Positions 21,308 to 33,261 are shown, counted from the stretch's first letter. The stretch: DNA of 64,000 nucleotides from an uncultured delta proteobacterium (GCA_963793865.1 CAWCBP010000001.1:1024001-1088000), one strand, 5' to 3'. Notes: a model not told the origin generated them from the sequence alone. Made by a program: numbers and translations.

Positions 21308-22551
21308 TTACTTCTTTTGCTTACCAAGTCTCATGGTAATCAATATCAGATACCCGGGAATAACAATGGGAATAATAAAGCTGCTGATAAGTATGGGTAG
21401 ATAATAAAACATCAACAGTTGCCAGATCTGCTTAACCCTGTTGTATGGGGGATTTGATTCATCAACGTAGCGGAGGAAACGGATTTTCGAAGTAAATAGA
21501 TCCAGAACGCTGGTAAACGGCGTGGTTAAAAAATCGTTTGCATTGACAAGCTGAATATCCTGAAAAAGGTTGGCATAGTCCGGCGAAGGCACCCCAATTT
21601 TTACTACCGCACCTCCCCGTCCGTGTGTTGTTACTTCGCCCATCCTGTCCTGATTCCATAAATTATGGAGCTCGATGGCAGAGAGTGGTGTGGCCTGCAG
21701 ACTAAAATGGCAGTCATAGAGCGGATCCATAAAAATCCACTTTCCGTGTTCATCCGACCAGACCTCTGCCGCATAGTGCCCGTTGTTGCTCGCATCGCCC
21801 AGATGTATCATCCTGGCATTCAAACCCACGCTGGCGCAGCAACTGACATATGTCGCGGCATAGGCATCACAGAGAAAGCCGATGGAAGGATCCTTCCTGA
21901 CCGCCTGCAGAATCCTCTGCGCGTCCCACCGGCTTTTCATCACCGGAAATTTGTTGGGGATCTGCCTGCTGACCCAGCTTCTCAAGGCAATCAAGGAATT
22001 CCATTGATTGGGGCTGCCTCCAAGTACCGGAAGTGTATGCTCTCTCAGCCACTCAATTTTTTCCGATCCCGGTTTCTCAAAGCGAAAGCTGTAGCGGCCG
22101 TTTTTAATTGTTTCTTCAGCGGGAATGACCGTAACCGACACTGTCGCCAACATTGAAAACCCATACCCTGGAGGGCAATTCTCCTCCCAGGGTATTGGAA
22201 GCCTTAAGTTCAATGGTATGCACGCCCTGCCCTGCTCTTATATTAATGCGGCCGTCTTTTGATCCCTGCCATTGCTCGTCTCCATCTATCCGGAAATAAT
22301 AGCTTTCAAAATTGGGAATGTTATTACTCAAGGACATCCATACGCTCTGATCCTCCTGATTGATGAAGCCCTTGTAGTTCAATCCGGTTGATGTTCCAAT
22401 AGAGGTCGGATGGGTCCTCCGTTTCAATGCAGGTGAGACTGCTGACAAGAGGATGCCTGACGCGGTCAAGCACCTGTGCCGCCTTGCTCAAAAACACAGC
22501 GCTCAAAAAACAGATTGCAATGGAAAGAATAAACTTTATTTTCCGGTTCAT
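21308..22551 (-). CDS. Membrane-anchored transglutaminase-like (Cys-His-Asp) protein; frameshifts near 22400 and 22150
   Basis: LCDAYA...GLNARMI...GHYAAEVW...WIFMDP core, with an N-terminal TM/signal and a C-terminal TM segment. Confidence 0.75.
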
Positions 22552-24521
22552 GTGCTCAGATTACGTTCCATTAATCTATATTCACGGCAAAATAGTTCTA
22601 TTATGCTTATTCCGTGCGCATTCGTGCTGATAAGGTTCTGATCACCTCTCTTGAAAAATAGCGAGCAGACACAAAATCCGCAGCAGAGGGCAATAAGCGG
22701 ATAGGAATGAACCGTCAATCGTTCATCAAGTCCCAGAAATGCTAAAAAAGATGTGTGTGCCTGAAATGCAATCAGGTAGACATAGAGCATCCAGTGGCGG
22801 CATACGCCAATCAGCACCAGTCCGGCGATAAACGTAAGGAGCACCGCTAGACCCATCAGGTTTGACAGCCACCGTTCCTTAAAGAGTTTGGCGGCAAGAC
22901 GTATCACGTTCACCACCGCTCCTGCGCCGGGATTGTTTTTAATTTTAACAGCTTCATAGATCACCGTTCCGGCATTCCCCCTGCCGGAAACGAATGCAAA
23001 AGGCATTTTCAGGTGAATCGTGGCAAATCCAATTAGGCTGCCATAGAACAATTGCCAGGGTGAATGGTATTTTAAATAAAAATCCAAGGGTGTTATCTTC
23101 GGTCCGTAATACATGCCCTTGAGCATTATATCCTCTTCCGACGGGAATCCGGGCTGACCGGCAAATTCCCGGTTCGCATAAAACCGGGCATATTGGTTTG
23201 CGGTGTAGAAAACATCGCCGTATTTTTTATACATGCTGTACTGGTGGGGAACCCAGATGGCAATGCACAGCACAAGCGCTGCGGCGGCCATCGCATAATT
23301 CCAGCGCCTCCTGGCAAGGAGAGGATAAAGAAACAGCACGATGGCAAGCACAGGAAAAAATTCCGAGCGAGTCAGCACGATGCATCCGGCAATAAGCCCG
23401 CTCACGGCAACCCTTGCCCACGCGCTCCTGAATACTGTTACATAGCTGAAGTACACAAAGAGCAGCAGAAGCACGCAAAACCATTCTTCACGCAGCCCTC
23501 GCGCGCTCAGCCTTATAAGATACGGGTGCACGGCAAGGATAAAGGCAGCGATGAGCCCGACCGCTCCTGAAAACCACTCCTTGCCGAGCCGGTAGGTAAG
23601 ATACACAACGGACAGAGAAAATGCGCATGAAGCAAACCGGAGATGGGTGGCCGATACGCCGAACAAGGTGAAAAAGAGCTTTACCATGAGTAAAAAGAGA
23701 GGTTCTCTTTTTTCAAATTGCGCCGAGTAAAATCCCCCCTCTCCGGCCAGCTGTATTTTCTGCGCATAGCTATAATAACCCCTCGCATCTTCATCAAGCA
23801 TGGTGCCTGAAATTCTTTCAATCTCATTCCACCTCAGGTACAGAGCAAGCAGCAGGATACAAAACAGCAGGGTTTGTAAAATCTTTTCCTTATTGGATAG
23901 CCTGTTTGTGAAGAGACTCACAATAATCACATAGGCGATACAAATCAGCCCCAGAAATGCCGGCAGGTTCGGTAACGATGGTTTTACCTGCGCGTACTGT
24001 CCTGTCACCAGCTCAATCGCATCAAGAACCCGCGCCTGAAACGGTCCGCGGTTCTCTGCCTCAAATAAAACCTTAAAGCTGCTGCACCCCTGAAGTCGTT
24101 CGCTTACATCAAATACGGAGCCGACATAATTCCCGCTTCCTGCCAGCTGGAACGCGGTTCCGCCTTCCGGATAAATTGTAATCGCATTAGGCCGCTTGTC
24201 ACCCGTGTCTCCATAAAACCATATCCGGAGAAGGCATCCCTGATTACTTTGCTTATCAAACTTAAAAGCCAGCCTGCCTGAGGAGGCAGGCGGTAACTCC
24301 AGCCCCTGCCCGGCGGCCACAAACCCCGTGCGTTCAATAATCCTTCCGTCACGGCAAAGCTGCTCCGCGCTAAAAGAACACTGATAAAACGATTCAACCG
24401 GGGGATCGGGCGCGAAAAGCAGCCTCAGTTTACCCTGGTAGACCATTACGGCAACAGTTACAAATATAAAAAAAAGGAAGTACCTGAGTGCGTCCTTTTC
24501 TCCATCCTTCAATGGCTTCAT
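22548..24521 (-). CDS. GT-C membrane glycosyltransferase (GT39-like) with an N-terminal extracytoplasmic beta domain
   Basis: LDEDARGY, KREPLF, LRFASCAFS, HPYLIRLSARGLREE and LTRSE motifs; ~150 aa soluble domain after TM1. Confidence 0.8.
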   Translation of the reverse strand: MKPLKDGEKDALRYFLFFIFVTVAVMVYQGKLRLLFAPDPPVESFYQCSFSAEQLCRDGRIIERTGFVAAGQGLELPPASSGRLAFKFDKQSNQGCLLRIWFYGDTGDKRPNAITIYPEGGTAFQLAGSGNYVGSVFDVSERLQGCSSFKVLFEAENRGPFQARVLDAIELVTGQYAQVKPSLPNLPAFLGLICIAYVIIVSLFTNRLSNKEKILQTLLFCILLLALYLRWNEIERISGTMLDEDARGYYSYAQKIQLAGEGGFYSAQFEKREPLFLLMVKLFFTLFGVSATHLRFASCAFSLSVVYLTYRLGKEWFSGAVGLIAAFILAVHPYLIRLSARGLREEWFCVLLLLFVYFSYVTVFRSAWARVAVSGLIAGCIVLTRSEFFPVLAIVLFLYPLLARRRWNYAMAAAALVLCIAIWVPHQYSMYKKYGDVFYTANQYARFYANREFAGQPGFPSEEDIMLKGMYYGPKITPLDFYLKYHSPWQLFYGSLIGFATIHLKMPFAFVSGRGNAGTVIYEAVKIKNNPGAGAVVNVIRLAAKLFKERWLSNLMGLAVLLTFIAGLVLIGVCRHWMLYVYLIAFQAHTSFLAFLGLDERLTVHSYPLIALCCGFCVCSLFFKRGDQNLISTNAHGISIIELFCREYRLMERNLST

Positions 24522-24555
24522 TGTAATCCCTCAGTCAACTGCCGACAGCATGAAT

Positions 24556-25486
24556 TCATGGGGCCGGACGCCGGCGCAAGGCATTGAATGCCGCAATTGC
24601 AACCAGCAGAACAAAGATTGTGACATTAAAAGCCAGGATTGTCCGCAGGATGATTTCTTTTCTCCCGATCTTTACCGAATTACTGTCCAGGTACTGCAGC
24701 TTGGCGACAGGCAGGGAACGCTTGCCCGCAATATAACTGAGTATCTGCGGAGTCTCCAGGTGCTGGTTAGAAACAACGGTAAAACCGTTGAGATATATCT
24801 CTTTCAAGGATTTTTCATCAGCAGCACGGTATATACTGTCATCTCCTCTTTCCGATGCAAAAACAGCTGCGTTGGTCTGTTTGCCCTTCCTGTATGCGTT
24901 GATAATTTCAGCAACCGAGAGCGGCACTCCGTCGCTTGAAATATGATATCCCAGGGTCGGGTCCACCATGATCCAACGGCCGGATTCCCGAAGAAACGCC
25001 TCCGGAACAACATGCCCGTTCAGTTCTATGATGCGAGCCGGTATTCCGGCTGACTGACACGCCGCGGCAAAATACCGTGCGTATCGGTCGCACAGTCCGC
25101 TGTATGTGCCCCTGGGAGATGGGGATTGAAATGCATCAGCACTGCCGGTGTATGGCCGTCTCGTCACTGATTCCGAAAGTCATCTTTGTCCGGACCCATT
25201 CGGCAATATCAGTCAGCATCGTCATATCAGCCTGTTTCCGGTCCCCCAACATCTGCTTAATCTCAACCCTGTCTTCCTCGGTAATACTAAGCGGTATCCG
25301 GTAGTCAAACACATATCCGTCATACAGAACGGTCATATCAGCAGTCGGGGGCTTATTGAAATCGTCAACATCCTCAGTGTAATAGACTCGTACCAGCGAC
25401 CCGGGCAATGATTTTAAATACAACGCCTGAATTGTTATTACGGCTAATATGGCTCCCAGGCTGACAAGCAGCGATTTAGAATACAT
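24556..25486 (-). CDS. Second membrane-anchored transglutaminase-like protein; frameshift near 25150
   Basis: GLCDRYA...GIPARII...GHVVPEAF...WIMVDPT core; N-terminal TM, C-terminal TM and RRR tail. Confidence 0.75.
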
Positions 25487-25504
25487 TGTACTCGTCCTGC
25501 AACA

Positions 25505-26663
25505 TTAAACTCTGATTTCCGGGTAAGCGGATTGGGTCAGCAATTGCTGATATAGCTTCTTATAGCAATCGGCAGTGCGTGCGAGCCCATACCGCTCTTC
25601 GACGGTTTTTCTCGCCGCCTTACCAAGGCTTCCCGCCAAAACATCATTCCTGAGCAATTCAATCAACGCGTTGCTTAAAGCCGCCGGGTTGCCCGGCGGA
25701 ACCAGCATGCCATTGACCCTGTCACTGATCATATCCACTGCCGCGCCGACTGCAGTAGCCACAACCGGTAAACCGCAGGCCATGGCTTCCAGCAAAACAT
25801 TTGACATCCCTTCCGACAGTGAGGGCAGTACAAAAATATCCGTTTCAGAAAGTTCCTTCGCCACATCCTCCTGCCGCCCTCTAAAAATAACCTTTCCCTG
25901 TATCTGGAGTGCCTCCGCCTGTCGCGTCAACTGCAGTGCGTCTGGTCCATCGCCGACAATCTTGAGCTTCACATCAGGGCAACCCTGGATTATCTGCCTG
26001 AAGGCCTCGAGCAGACAATCCACGCCCTTGTATCCGTCAAGCCTTCCGATAAAGGTGATCATTTTTTGATTGTTGCTGTGCCGTGTGCTGATGGTGAACC
26101 TGCTTGTGTCAACACCGTTGGCTATTTGCTCTACTCTGTCCGCAGGTATGTCCTCCTTTAAAAGCTCGGACGTGGCCTGACTGCAAAGAGAAATAATCCT
26201 GTCTGCGTTCCTCATCAAGCGGATGGTTACTCTTCCGGCAAGCGTATTTTTCATGAGCTTTACATCACTGGTCAGGCCCGACGAGGACATTTTAGCAATC
26301 ACTTTTTTATTAAATAATGACTTAAATACAAGCGCTACATAATGTTTGATATTCCTGCAATATATGACAATGGATTATCGAATATTCCTTTCTTTTTTTA
26401 TACAGAAACCAGGCGGTTGATATCACGTAAAGCAATCCAAAGAGAAATGGTATGTTAACCGACCTGATGGCTCGATACACCGGGATGCCATCCACCGTTT
26501 CATAGGCGGGAACATTTTTTATCCTTCGGGTCAGAACAGAAATCTCCACTCCTCTGGCTCGAAGTGCCGATGCCAATTTCTGTGCCTGAATTTCTGCACC
26601 TCCAAGCAAGGGATAAAACTGTGCTATAACCATGACTACTTTTTCCGAACCCATATATATCAA
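25505..26663 (-). CDS. GT4 glycosyltransferase; frameshift near 26330
   Basis: QFYPLLGGAEIQA, GRLDGYKG and [18 protein letters not shown]. Confidence 0.88.
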
Positions 26664-26669
26664 CCGGTG

Positions 26670-27828
26670 TCAGATCGTCTTGCAAACACTGGTGTAAAGA
26701 TCCTGATAGGCGCTTACCATGCTCTCATGGGAACAGGATTTCACTACAAAATCACGGGCGCGCCCACCCAGCAGCGTGGACAGTTTCGTATCCCTGATCA
26801 ACATCCCCAGCGCCTCCGCCAGACCTTTTTCATCGTGGGGATTGACCAGTATTCCCCTCTTGCCAACGTGGCAGTGCCCCCGCGGCAGATCATTTCCTGA
26901 CAACTCCGCACCGACCAAATCTTCACTTGCGCCAACCCGGGTAGTTATGACCGCCAGCCCGCAGGACATGGCCTCGAGCAGCGCGGAGGACATTCCTTCA
27001 GAGAGAGAGGGTAATACAAAGACACGTGCCTGCTGATAATAAGGGCGCACGTCCTCTGCAAAGCCGGTAAAAACTACCCGGCCATCGATTGCCAAATGCC
27101 TTGACAAATCTTCCAGCAGGGTCTTTTGCTTTCCGTCGCCGACGACAAAGAGCTTTGCATCACAGCCTTCCTGTATCATAATCGAAAACGCCCTGAGCAA
27201 ATAGCCCAAGCCTTTCTGCGCTTCAACTCTGCCAACAAAACAGACATTCGTTACAGGCACTGCAGAAGGAACGTAGCGTTCAGTATCAACCCCATTCGGA
27301 ATAAAGGCCAGCTTTCGTTTCCGGAAACCGGTTCCGTAGCAGCTCTTCCTTCATGTCCGCTGACATATACACAATGCGGTCAAAACGATGTGCGCAGGCT
27401 GTAATAAGATTTCTGAACCTCAGCTCCTCTGCATTCGCAAAATCACCATAGGGACCCGAACACAGCAGCCGCAGAACCAGCTTCTTCTTAAACAGATTAC
27501 GCATGATCAAAGCAGGCGGAAGAAACAGGAAGAGGCCGAAACAGTGAATGATGTCGTAACTGCGTCTGTAGCGGACAAGAAATATCAGCACCGATAGCAT
27601 ATAAGCCATGCCGAACGGGTGCCACCACTTCATCTTTCGATAAACAGGTATGCCGTCAATTACGCCGTAATCCGGCATGCCCTTGAGCCGCTGGGTCAGA
27701 ACGGCAACCGGTGTCCCCCGTTCGCTGAGACTTTTCGACAAGGCCCGGCAGACTTTTTCAGCCCCGCCGACGACAGGGTGGTACAGGCCGATTACCATTA
27801 ATACCCGACAGCTCTTTTGCTCAACCAT
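26670..27828 (-). CDS. GT4 glycosyltransferase; frameshift near 27310
   Basis: YHPVVGGAEK, GRVEAQKG and PSLSEGMSSALLEAMSCG. Confidence 0.88.
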
Positions 27829-29018
27829 GAATCACACAGCCCGTCGTTGAAAGAACTGCTCTTCTACCGCCTCTGCCGTCCCCGAGGGACGCATACAGCG
27901 ACTGATACTCATCCGCTATTTTGTCCAGGGCATAGTTATTTTCCACATGCCGTCGTGCGCTGGACTGCAATTGATGCGACAGCGCATCATCGTTGACCAG
28001 GCGTACCATTGCGCTTGAGAGTCCATCGACATCACCCGGGTTCACCATGATGCCGTACTCGGCAACCAGATAGTGACCCGGCGGGATGGCTGTATCCGCT
28101 CCATGAGGATCAAGCACCTCTCTATTGCCTTCCACATTGCTGGCGACCACCGGAAGGCCGCACGACATCGCCTCAAGCAATGACAGTGACAGCCCTTCGG
28201 ACAGAGAAGGCAAAACAAAAATATCTGATCCGCGATAGTATGTCAGCGCGGACTTGTTGCCGATAAAACGAATCAGCTCCTGTAAATGTAAACTGTCACT
28301 CAGGTTTTGAAGCCGTTCTCTCATCGGTCCGTCACCGACAATAAAAAGCTCTACCCCCGGGTCAGTAGCGTTTACCTTTTTCATGGCTTGAATAAGGCAG
28401 TCAACCCCCTTTTCTTCAGCCAGTCTTCCGACAAAGCAGATGCGTTTCCGATCCGCCCGCCCCCTTTTATTTTCAGGCCCGATAGAGCTCCTGATCAACG
28501 CTGTTCGGAATGGCAACTATAGCCCGGCCGGGGAAACCCTCTTGCTCAATCTCGCGTCCGACATGTCGTGCAATGGATATGATTCTGTCGAGCCTGCGCG
28601 CGCTGGCCAGAATTAACCCGCCGCACCTGAGCTGCCTGATTCTATGAAAATCACCATAGGCACCCGATCCTTCAATGCGGCCGACTGCCTTTTTGCCCAG
28701 GAAGTATTTAACCAGCACAACCGGAGGAATAAAAAGATACAGGCCAAAGCACTGGACTACATCATAGGCTCTCATGTTCCGTAGCAGAAACCAGAGCACC
28801 GAAAGCATGTAGGTGTATTCGTACCAATGCCACCCTTTCATCCTCCGGTATACAGGTATTCCATCGATTACCTCATAGTCAGGCAATCCGGCACAGTGCT
28901 GGGTCAATACCGTGACGCCCACACCCCTTTTCTGTAACCGTGATGCCAGCTTTTGGCACTCTCGCTCGGTACCGCCGGTTATGGGGTAATACTGCCCTAC
29001 TATCATCAACACCTTCAC
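27821..29018 (-). CDS. GT4 glycosyltransferase; frameshift near 28480
   Basis: YYPITGGTERE, GRLAEEKG and PSLSEGLSLSLLEAMSCG. Confidence 0.88.
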
Positions 29019-29127
29019 AGCAGCACCTGCTTATATCTGTATAAGTGAGCCTGATTAACGGCACTGCACATACAATTCCTTACTTGTCCCGATGCCCGGC
29101 ACAAACTGTTAGCACGCATGTGCCTCA

Positions 29128-30222
29128 CTATCCGCAAGCTTCCATAAGCACCGCTTCTGTTTCTTGAGCCACACGGTCCCAGTTGTAATAGCCGATGACA
29201 TCATTTCTGGCCTGCTTGCCCAGCCGGACGCCCTTCTCCCTGTCCGCTTTCAGTGTCAGCAGCGACTCTGTGATCGCCCCGATATCATTGGGCACCAGAA
29301 TCCCATTGACCCCGTGCCGGATAACCTTTGAAAGCTGGCCCATATCGGAGGCGATGACCGGTTTTCCCGCAGCCATGTAATCGAACAGCTTCAGTGATGA
29401 GCCGTAGAAGCCGTAGCTGAGCCAGTCATAGGGCTTGTAAAGACACAGGCAGGCATCAGCGGCGGCAAGGTAGTGCGGAAGGTCGTGGTAGCTCATCTGC
29501 CGCAGAACCAGCACATTGCTGAGCACCGGGAGCGGCACCAGGCTTTCCCCCGTCACAAAAACAAACAAAATCTGCCTGTCGCGCTTCGCCATTTCCCGGG
29601 CGACTTCAAGCATCAATTCTATCCCCTGCCAGGGAGTGGCCGCATTGCCCATCCAGAACACCTTGAATGTGCCCTGAAAGCGATGGAGCACTGTTTCATC
29701 CGCGCGCCCGGGATCGAATAGATTGGGATCGGATCCATTGGGGATGGAATACGACTTCCTGATGCCCAAATCATCCCCGATATAGTCCTTGAGCACTTCC
29801 GACACACCGATGCCGGCATCGACCAGACGTGCGAGTGCCTTTCTTTTCCTGTTTTCCCGCTTAATCAGTACATCCCGCTCCCTGCCCGGCGGATAGCTTC
29901 CCTGCAGCTCTTCAACCGGGGCATTTACCTCCCATACCACGGGGAGGGAAAAGGGGCGCAGAAGTTTGAGCAACGTTGCGCGTTCCAGATATGAATGCAC
30001 CGGCCTTCCGGCAATCCTGATATAGAGCACGTCGGCTGAACGGGCCAGTCTGATCGCACCTGCCTTGCTCCGCTCATAGTGAATGCATTCCGGATCTTCG
30101 TCTCCCAGGCAGGACAGGATGGTGTGTCCCCTTTTTTTAAGAGCCCGCACCAGGTTGTAGCCATGGACAGATCTTCCCATGGTCAGCGGGTAGTACGGAA
30201 CGTAAAATAATCCGATCTTCAT
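29128..30222 (-). CDS. GT4 glycosyltransferase
   Basis: EVNAP, IPNG and SSLKLFDYMAAGKPVIAS. Confidence 0.88.
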   Translation of the reverse strand: MKIGLFYVPYYPLTMGRSVHGYNLVRALKKRGHTILSCLGDEDPECIHYERSKAGAIRLARSADVLYIRIAGRPVHSYLERATLLKLLRPFSLPVVWEVNAPVEELQGSYPPGRERDVLIKRENRKRKALARLVDAGIGVSEVLKDYIGDDLGIRKSYSIPNGSDPNLFDPGRADETVLHRFQGTFKVFWMGNAATPWQGIELMLEVAREMAKRDRQILFVFVTGESLVPLPVLSNVLVLRQMSYHDLPHYLAAADACLCLYKPYDWLSYGFYGSSLKLFDYMAAGKPVIASDMGQLSKVIRHGVNGILVPNDIGAITESLLTLKADREKGVRLGKQARNDVIGYYNWDRVAQETEAVLMEACG

Positions 30223-30251
30223 AATCACACGTCCTGCCGGGGGCGGGAAAA

Positions 30252-31034
30252 TTATCCGATTACCTGCCATAAATACTGTTGCCAGTCTCTGCCCCACTTT
30301 TGTCTGAACAGTTCCCGGTTATGTTCGAAATCAACCGTTATCAGGCCGCTTGAGCGGGTCTTCTCTTCATGGTGTATGAGGACCGATTGCGGCTGGTAGA
30401 AAACTATTTTATTTTTTTGTTTTAATTGCACGCACAAATCCGCATCTTCACATCCGTACCAATACCGCTCATCGAAGCAGGCATCCTCTCTCCTGATGAG
30501 CAGGCAGGCCCCTGTCAGGTTAGTCACCGGACCCGCAACATTTGCTTCCTGTGTTGAATGATGCACCCTGCCATCCCTGAAGCGGTGCCTTTGAAATCCG
30601 GTCTCCGGGTTCATTTCGTATCCGGCAAACTGGATGCTGCCGTCCGGGAAAATCAGTTTTGGTCCCACGGCCCCAACGTTCACATCTCCAGCGATAACCT
30701 CATACAACGGAGGCAGCCATCCCGGCAACACCTCTACATCATTATTCATAAAACAGATATAATCGCCCCGGGCAGACGCGGCGCCCCGGTTGTTGGCGTG
30801 TGCATATGAGGCGTTCTGTTCCAAACGGATGAGGACAACAGGAAAAGAGGTCAGCGCCATCAGTGTATGCAGAGAGTATTGAATCCTTGACCCATTATCC
30901 ACAATGACCAGATCTGCTACCAGATCTCTCTCCGTATGCTCATCGATGCTGATGAGACACTTCTCAAGATATTCGCTAAGATCGTGCGAGACTATAACGA
31001 TTGAGACCTTTTTATCCATATGCTCATTCATCAT
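30252..31034 (-). CDS. GT2 glycosyltransferase
   Basis: VSIVIV, IVDNGS, ANNRG, MNNDV, TGACLL and EDADLC. Confidence 0.9.
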   Translation of the reverse strand: MMNEHMDKKVSIVIVSHDLSEYLEKCLISIDEHTERDLVADLVIVDNGSRIQYSLHTLMALTSFPVVLIRLEQNASYAHANNRGAASARGDYICFMNNDVEVLPGWLPPLYEVIAGDVNVGAVGPKLIFPDGSIQFAGYEMNPETGFQRHRFRDGRVHHSTQEANVAGPVTNLTGACLLIRREDACFDERYWYGCEDADLCVQLKQKNKIVFYQPQSVLIHHEEKTRSSGLITVDFEHNRELFRQKWGRDWQQYLWQVIG

Positions 31035-31960
31035 ACGGTTGCCGCCGCTGCGTCCTTCGGATGCTGATGCAACATTGTTTTTATCAGATCATGCACTTTA
31101 TCGACCGTGATCGAATCCCGGCATTTCCAGTTTGCACATTGATTCCACGCCCTATCGTTCCCGTAGCAGGGATAGCAGGCCAGCTCCGGCTTTATGACCC
31201 GGGCATGCGGATTATAGTAGGGACCGCTTTTCATATCACTGGTGGCGGTAAAGATGGCAACCTGCTTTTTTCTCAGTGCGGCGGCTAGATGCATAAGGCC
31301 GCTGTCATTGGACACAAACAGGTCGCATTGATGTATCAGCGCGGCCGTTTCCTGAATGGGCAGATTGTTGTATGCCGTGACTTCCCGGTGCCCAATTATT
31401 TCATCTCTTGATCCGCAGCAATACACATGGCATCCATCTTGTACCAGCAGGTCCACAAGCTCCTCATAATGCGTCCATTTTCTTCGCTCCCAATAGGTTC
31501 TTTCCGTGCATCCCGCATGAATCAATACGCTCAATGGGTTTAAGCTGAAGTTCCTCTCTGCAATATTCAATCGCGGGGTTTTAAATGCCTTCGCGCCCAG
31601 CTTTTCCGCGGCCCGGCAATACTGCCCGTATTCCGAATACTTCTTCCAATCCCGCGTGAGCTTGAGGTATTTTTTTGCGTTGTCCACCCGGTGATCCGAC
31701 AGAAAAGAGACTATGCACACATCATATTCCTCTTCCCGGCTGACATAGTTGTTTTCATAAATGTCGCGCACATAGGGTTGACCCCTGACCGCATCGGCAA
31801 TACCCGCGTACATAAACCCGCTGAGGAAGAGATCGCAGGTATTCCCCAGCTCATGCAGCGCTTGAACGGCTGTAAGGGCCTGAAGCATATTGCCCAGGCC
31901 GCATCCGTCACCCAGGCAAAATGCGATTGTTTTAACGGTCTTTTTCCACCTGAGATTCAT
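31031..31960 (-). CDS. GT9 (heptosyltransferase-like) glycosyltransferase
   Basis: GLGNML, RKW and DLFVSNDSGLMHLAAAL. Confidence 0.88.
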   Translation of the reverse strand: MNLRWKKTVKTIAFCLGDGCGLGNMLQALTAVQALHELGNTCDLFLSGFMYAGIADAVRGQPYVRDIYENNYVSREEEYDVCIVSFLSDHRVDNAKKYLKLTRDWKKYSEYGQYCRAAEKLGAKAFKTPRLNIAERNFSLNPLSVLIHAGCTERTYWERRKWTHYEELVDLLVQDGCHVYCCGSRDEIIGHREVTAYNNLPIQETAALIHQCDLFVSNDSGLMHLAAALRKKQVAIFTATSDMKSGPYYNPHARVIKPELACYPCYGNDRAWNQCANWKCRDSITVDKVHDLIKTMLHQHPKDAAAATV

Positions 31961-32028
31961 GCGCGAATGCCCTGATTGATATCCGGGTATGTCCCTGTTT
32001 AGGAAAAATCGGCCAATCGTTTACGGTT

Positions 32029-33207
32029 TTAACGTCCGGCGTGCTGAAATCTCTTGCGCGCCCGGTGAACAGAATCGGCAATTCCTTTCCCCATGAAGGA
32101 TTTGAAGAAGGGAACGGCCAGGCGAAGCGGCATCTGCGGAAAGGAATGGCGGCAAGCCAGGATGACGCAGCGCCGGAAATTCTCCATGTCGTCCTGATGA
32201 TAATATTCCCAGGCCAGCTGGCGATAGTGGTCGCTGAATACAGTGCCCCGGGCATGTCCTTTCCCGTGACCCGAGCAGTTCCAATATTCCCGTAACGTAC
32301 CCAGGGCCAGCGATTCCCTTTCCCGTAAAGCATTGCCGCGAATCGTGAATCGGTTTGAAGGATCGCGTTCAAGCGCCTGAAGGAGCAGTTTCCTGAACTG
32401 TGGTGCATCATTCCGCTCAAAGTATTGCCACGCAAAGTGGATCAGATGATTGCTGTAGATCCTTTTTCGCAGATCGGCACTTCCCCCGCCCTTTTCAAAG
32501 AGCGGCAGGTATTTATCCAGAATGGCAAAGGTATCCTTTGCCATGCCGCTTATATCGCCATGCATGTTATTTTCATGAATCACGTATTGCACCAGGGGGC
32601 GGTTAACAAAATCGACCTTACCATTCCGCGCCATGCGTATCCACAGGTCCCAGTCGGCACATGATGAAAGGCCGGCGTCGAACATGCCGCTCGCGCGGAG
32701 AACCGCACGGGGGAAAATCGCAACCGAAGCGGGACCGAGGAGGCAATTCTGATAAAGCATGGCCTCGAAGATTTGACCCCTCTGTGACGGCCTTATCTCC
32801 TCGATCAGCTCACCGCGGCTGTTCACCTTCATGGTTCCGCAATATGCCAATGACAGCTCCGGGTCCTTTTTCAGCAGCTCCACCTGCAGCGCCAGCTTTT
32901 CGGGAAGCCACAGGTCATCATCATCGAGAATGGCAATATAAGTCCCCCGCGATGCTTCTATTCCCCTGTTGCGGGCATTTGCCAGACCCTTATTAACCGA
33001 TTGAGAGATATACTGTATCCTGTCCCCATAGTGCTTCTTTAAAAATTCACCGGTATTATCAGTGCTGCCGTCGTCAACAACAATGATTTCATAATCAGTA
33101 AAGGTTTGCGCTAAAACGCTGTCAACTGATCGCGCTATAATATGCCCGCGATTAAAGGTCGGGATGATTACGCTTACCAGGGGTTTTTGACTGCTTATAT
33201 TTTTCAT
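32029..33207 (-). CDS. GT2 glycosyltransferase with a helical C-terminal extension
   Basis: VSVIIPTFNR, VDDGSTD, ARNRG, LDDDD and DWDLWIR. Confidence 0.92.
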   Translation of the reverse strand: MKNISSQKPLVSVIIPTFNRGHIIARSVDSVLAQTFTDYEIIVVDDGSTDNTGEFLKKHYGDRIQYISQSVNKGLANARNRGIEASRGTYIAILDDDDLWLPEKLALQVELLKKDPELSLAYCGTMKVNSRGELIEEIRPSQRGQIFEAMLYQNCLLGPASVAIFPRAVLRASGMFDAGLSSCADWDLWIRMARNGKVDFVNRPLVQYVIHENNMHGDISGMAKDTFAILDKYLPLFEKGGGSADLRKRIYSNHLIHFAWQYFERNDAPQFRKLLLQALERDPSNRFTIRGNALRERESLALGTLREYWNCSGHGKGHARGTVFSDHYRQLAWEYYHQDDMENFRRCVILACRHSFPQMPLRLAVPFFKSFMGKGIADSVHRARKRFQHAGR

Positions 33208-33261
33208 ATATATTAGATTGTTACGGGCTCACAGCTGAGAATTATCCTGAAACATTGATAA

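Noticed and set aside
17712..25486. Lasso peptide gene cluster (AsnB-like cyclase + transglutaminase-like peptidase)
   Set aside because: AsnB is full-length with an N-terminal Cys glutaminase domain, the TGases are membrane-anchored at both ends, no PqqD/RRE or precursor peptide was found, and the context is glycan synthesis.
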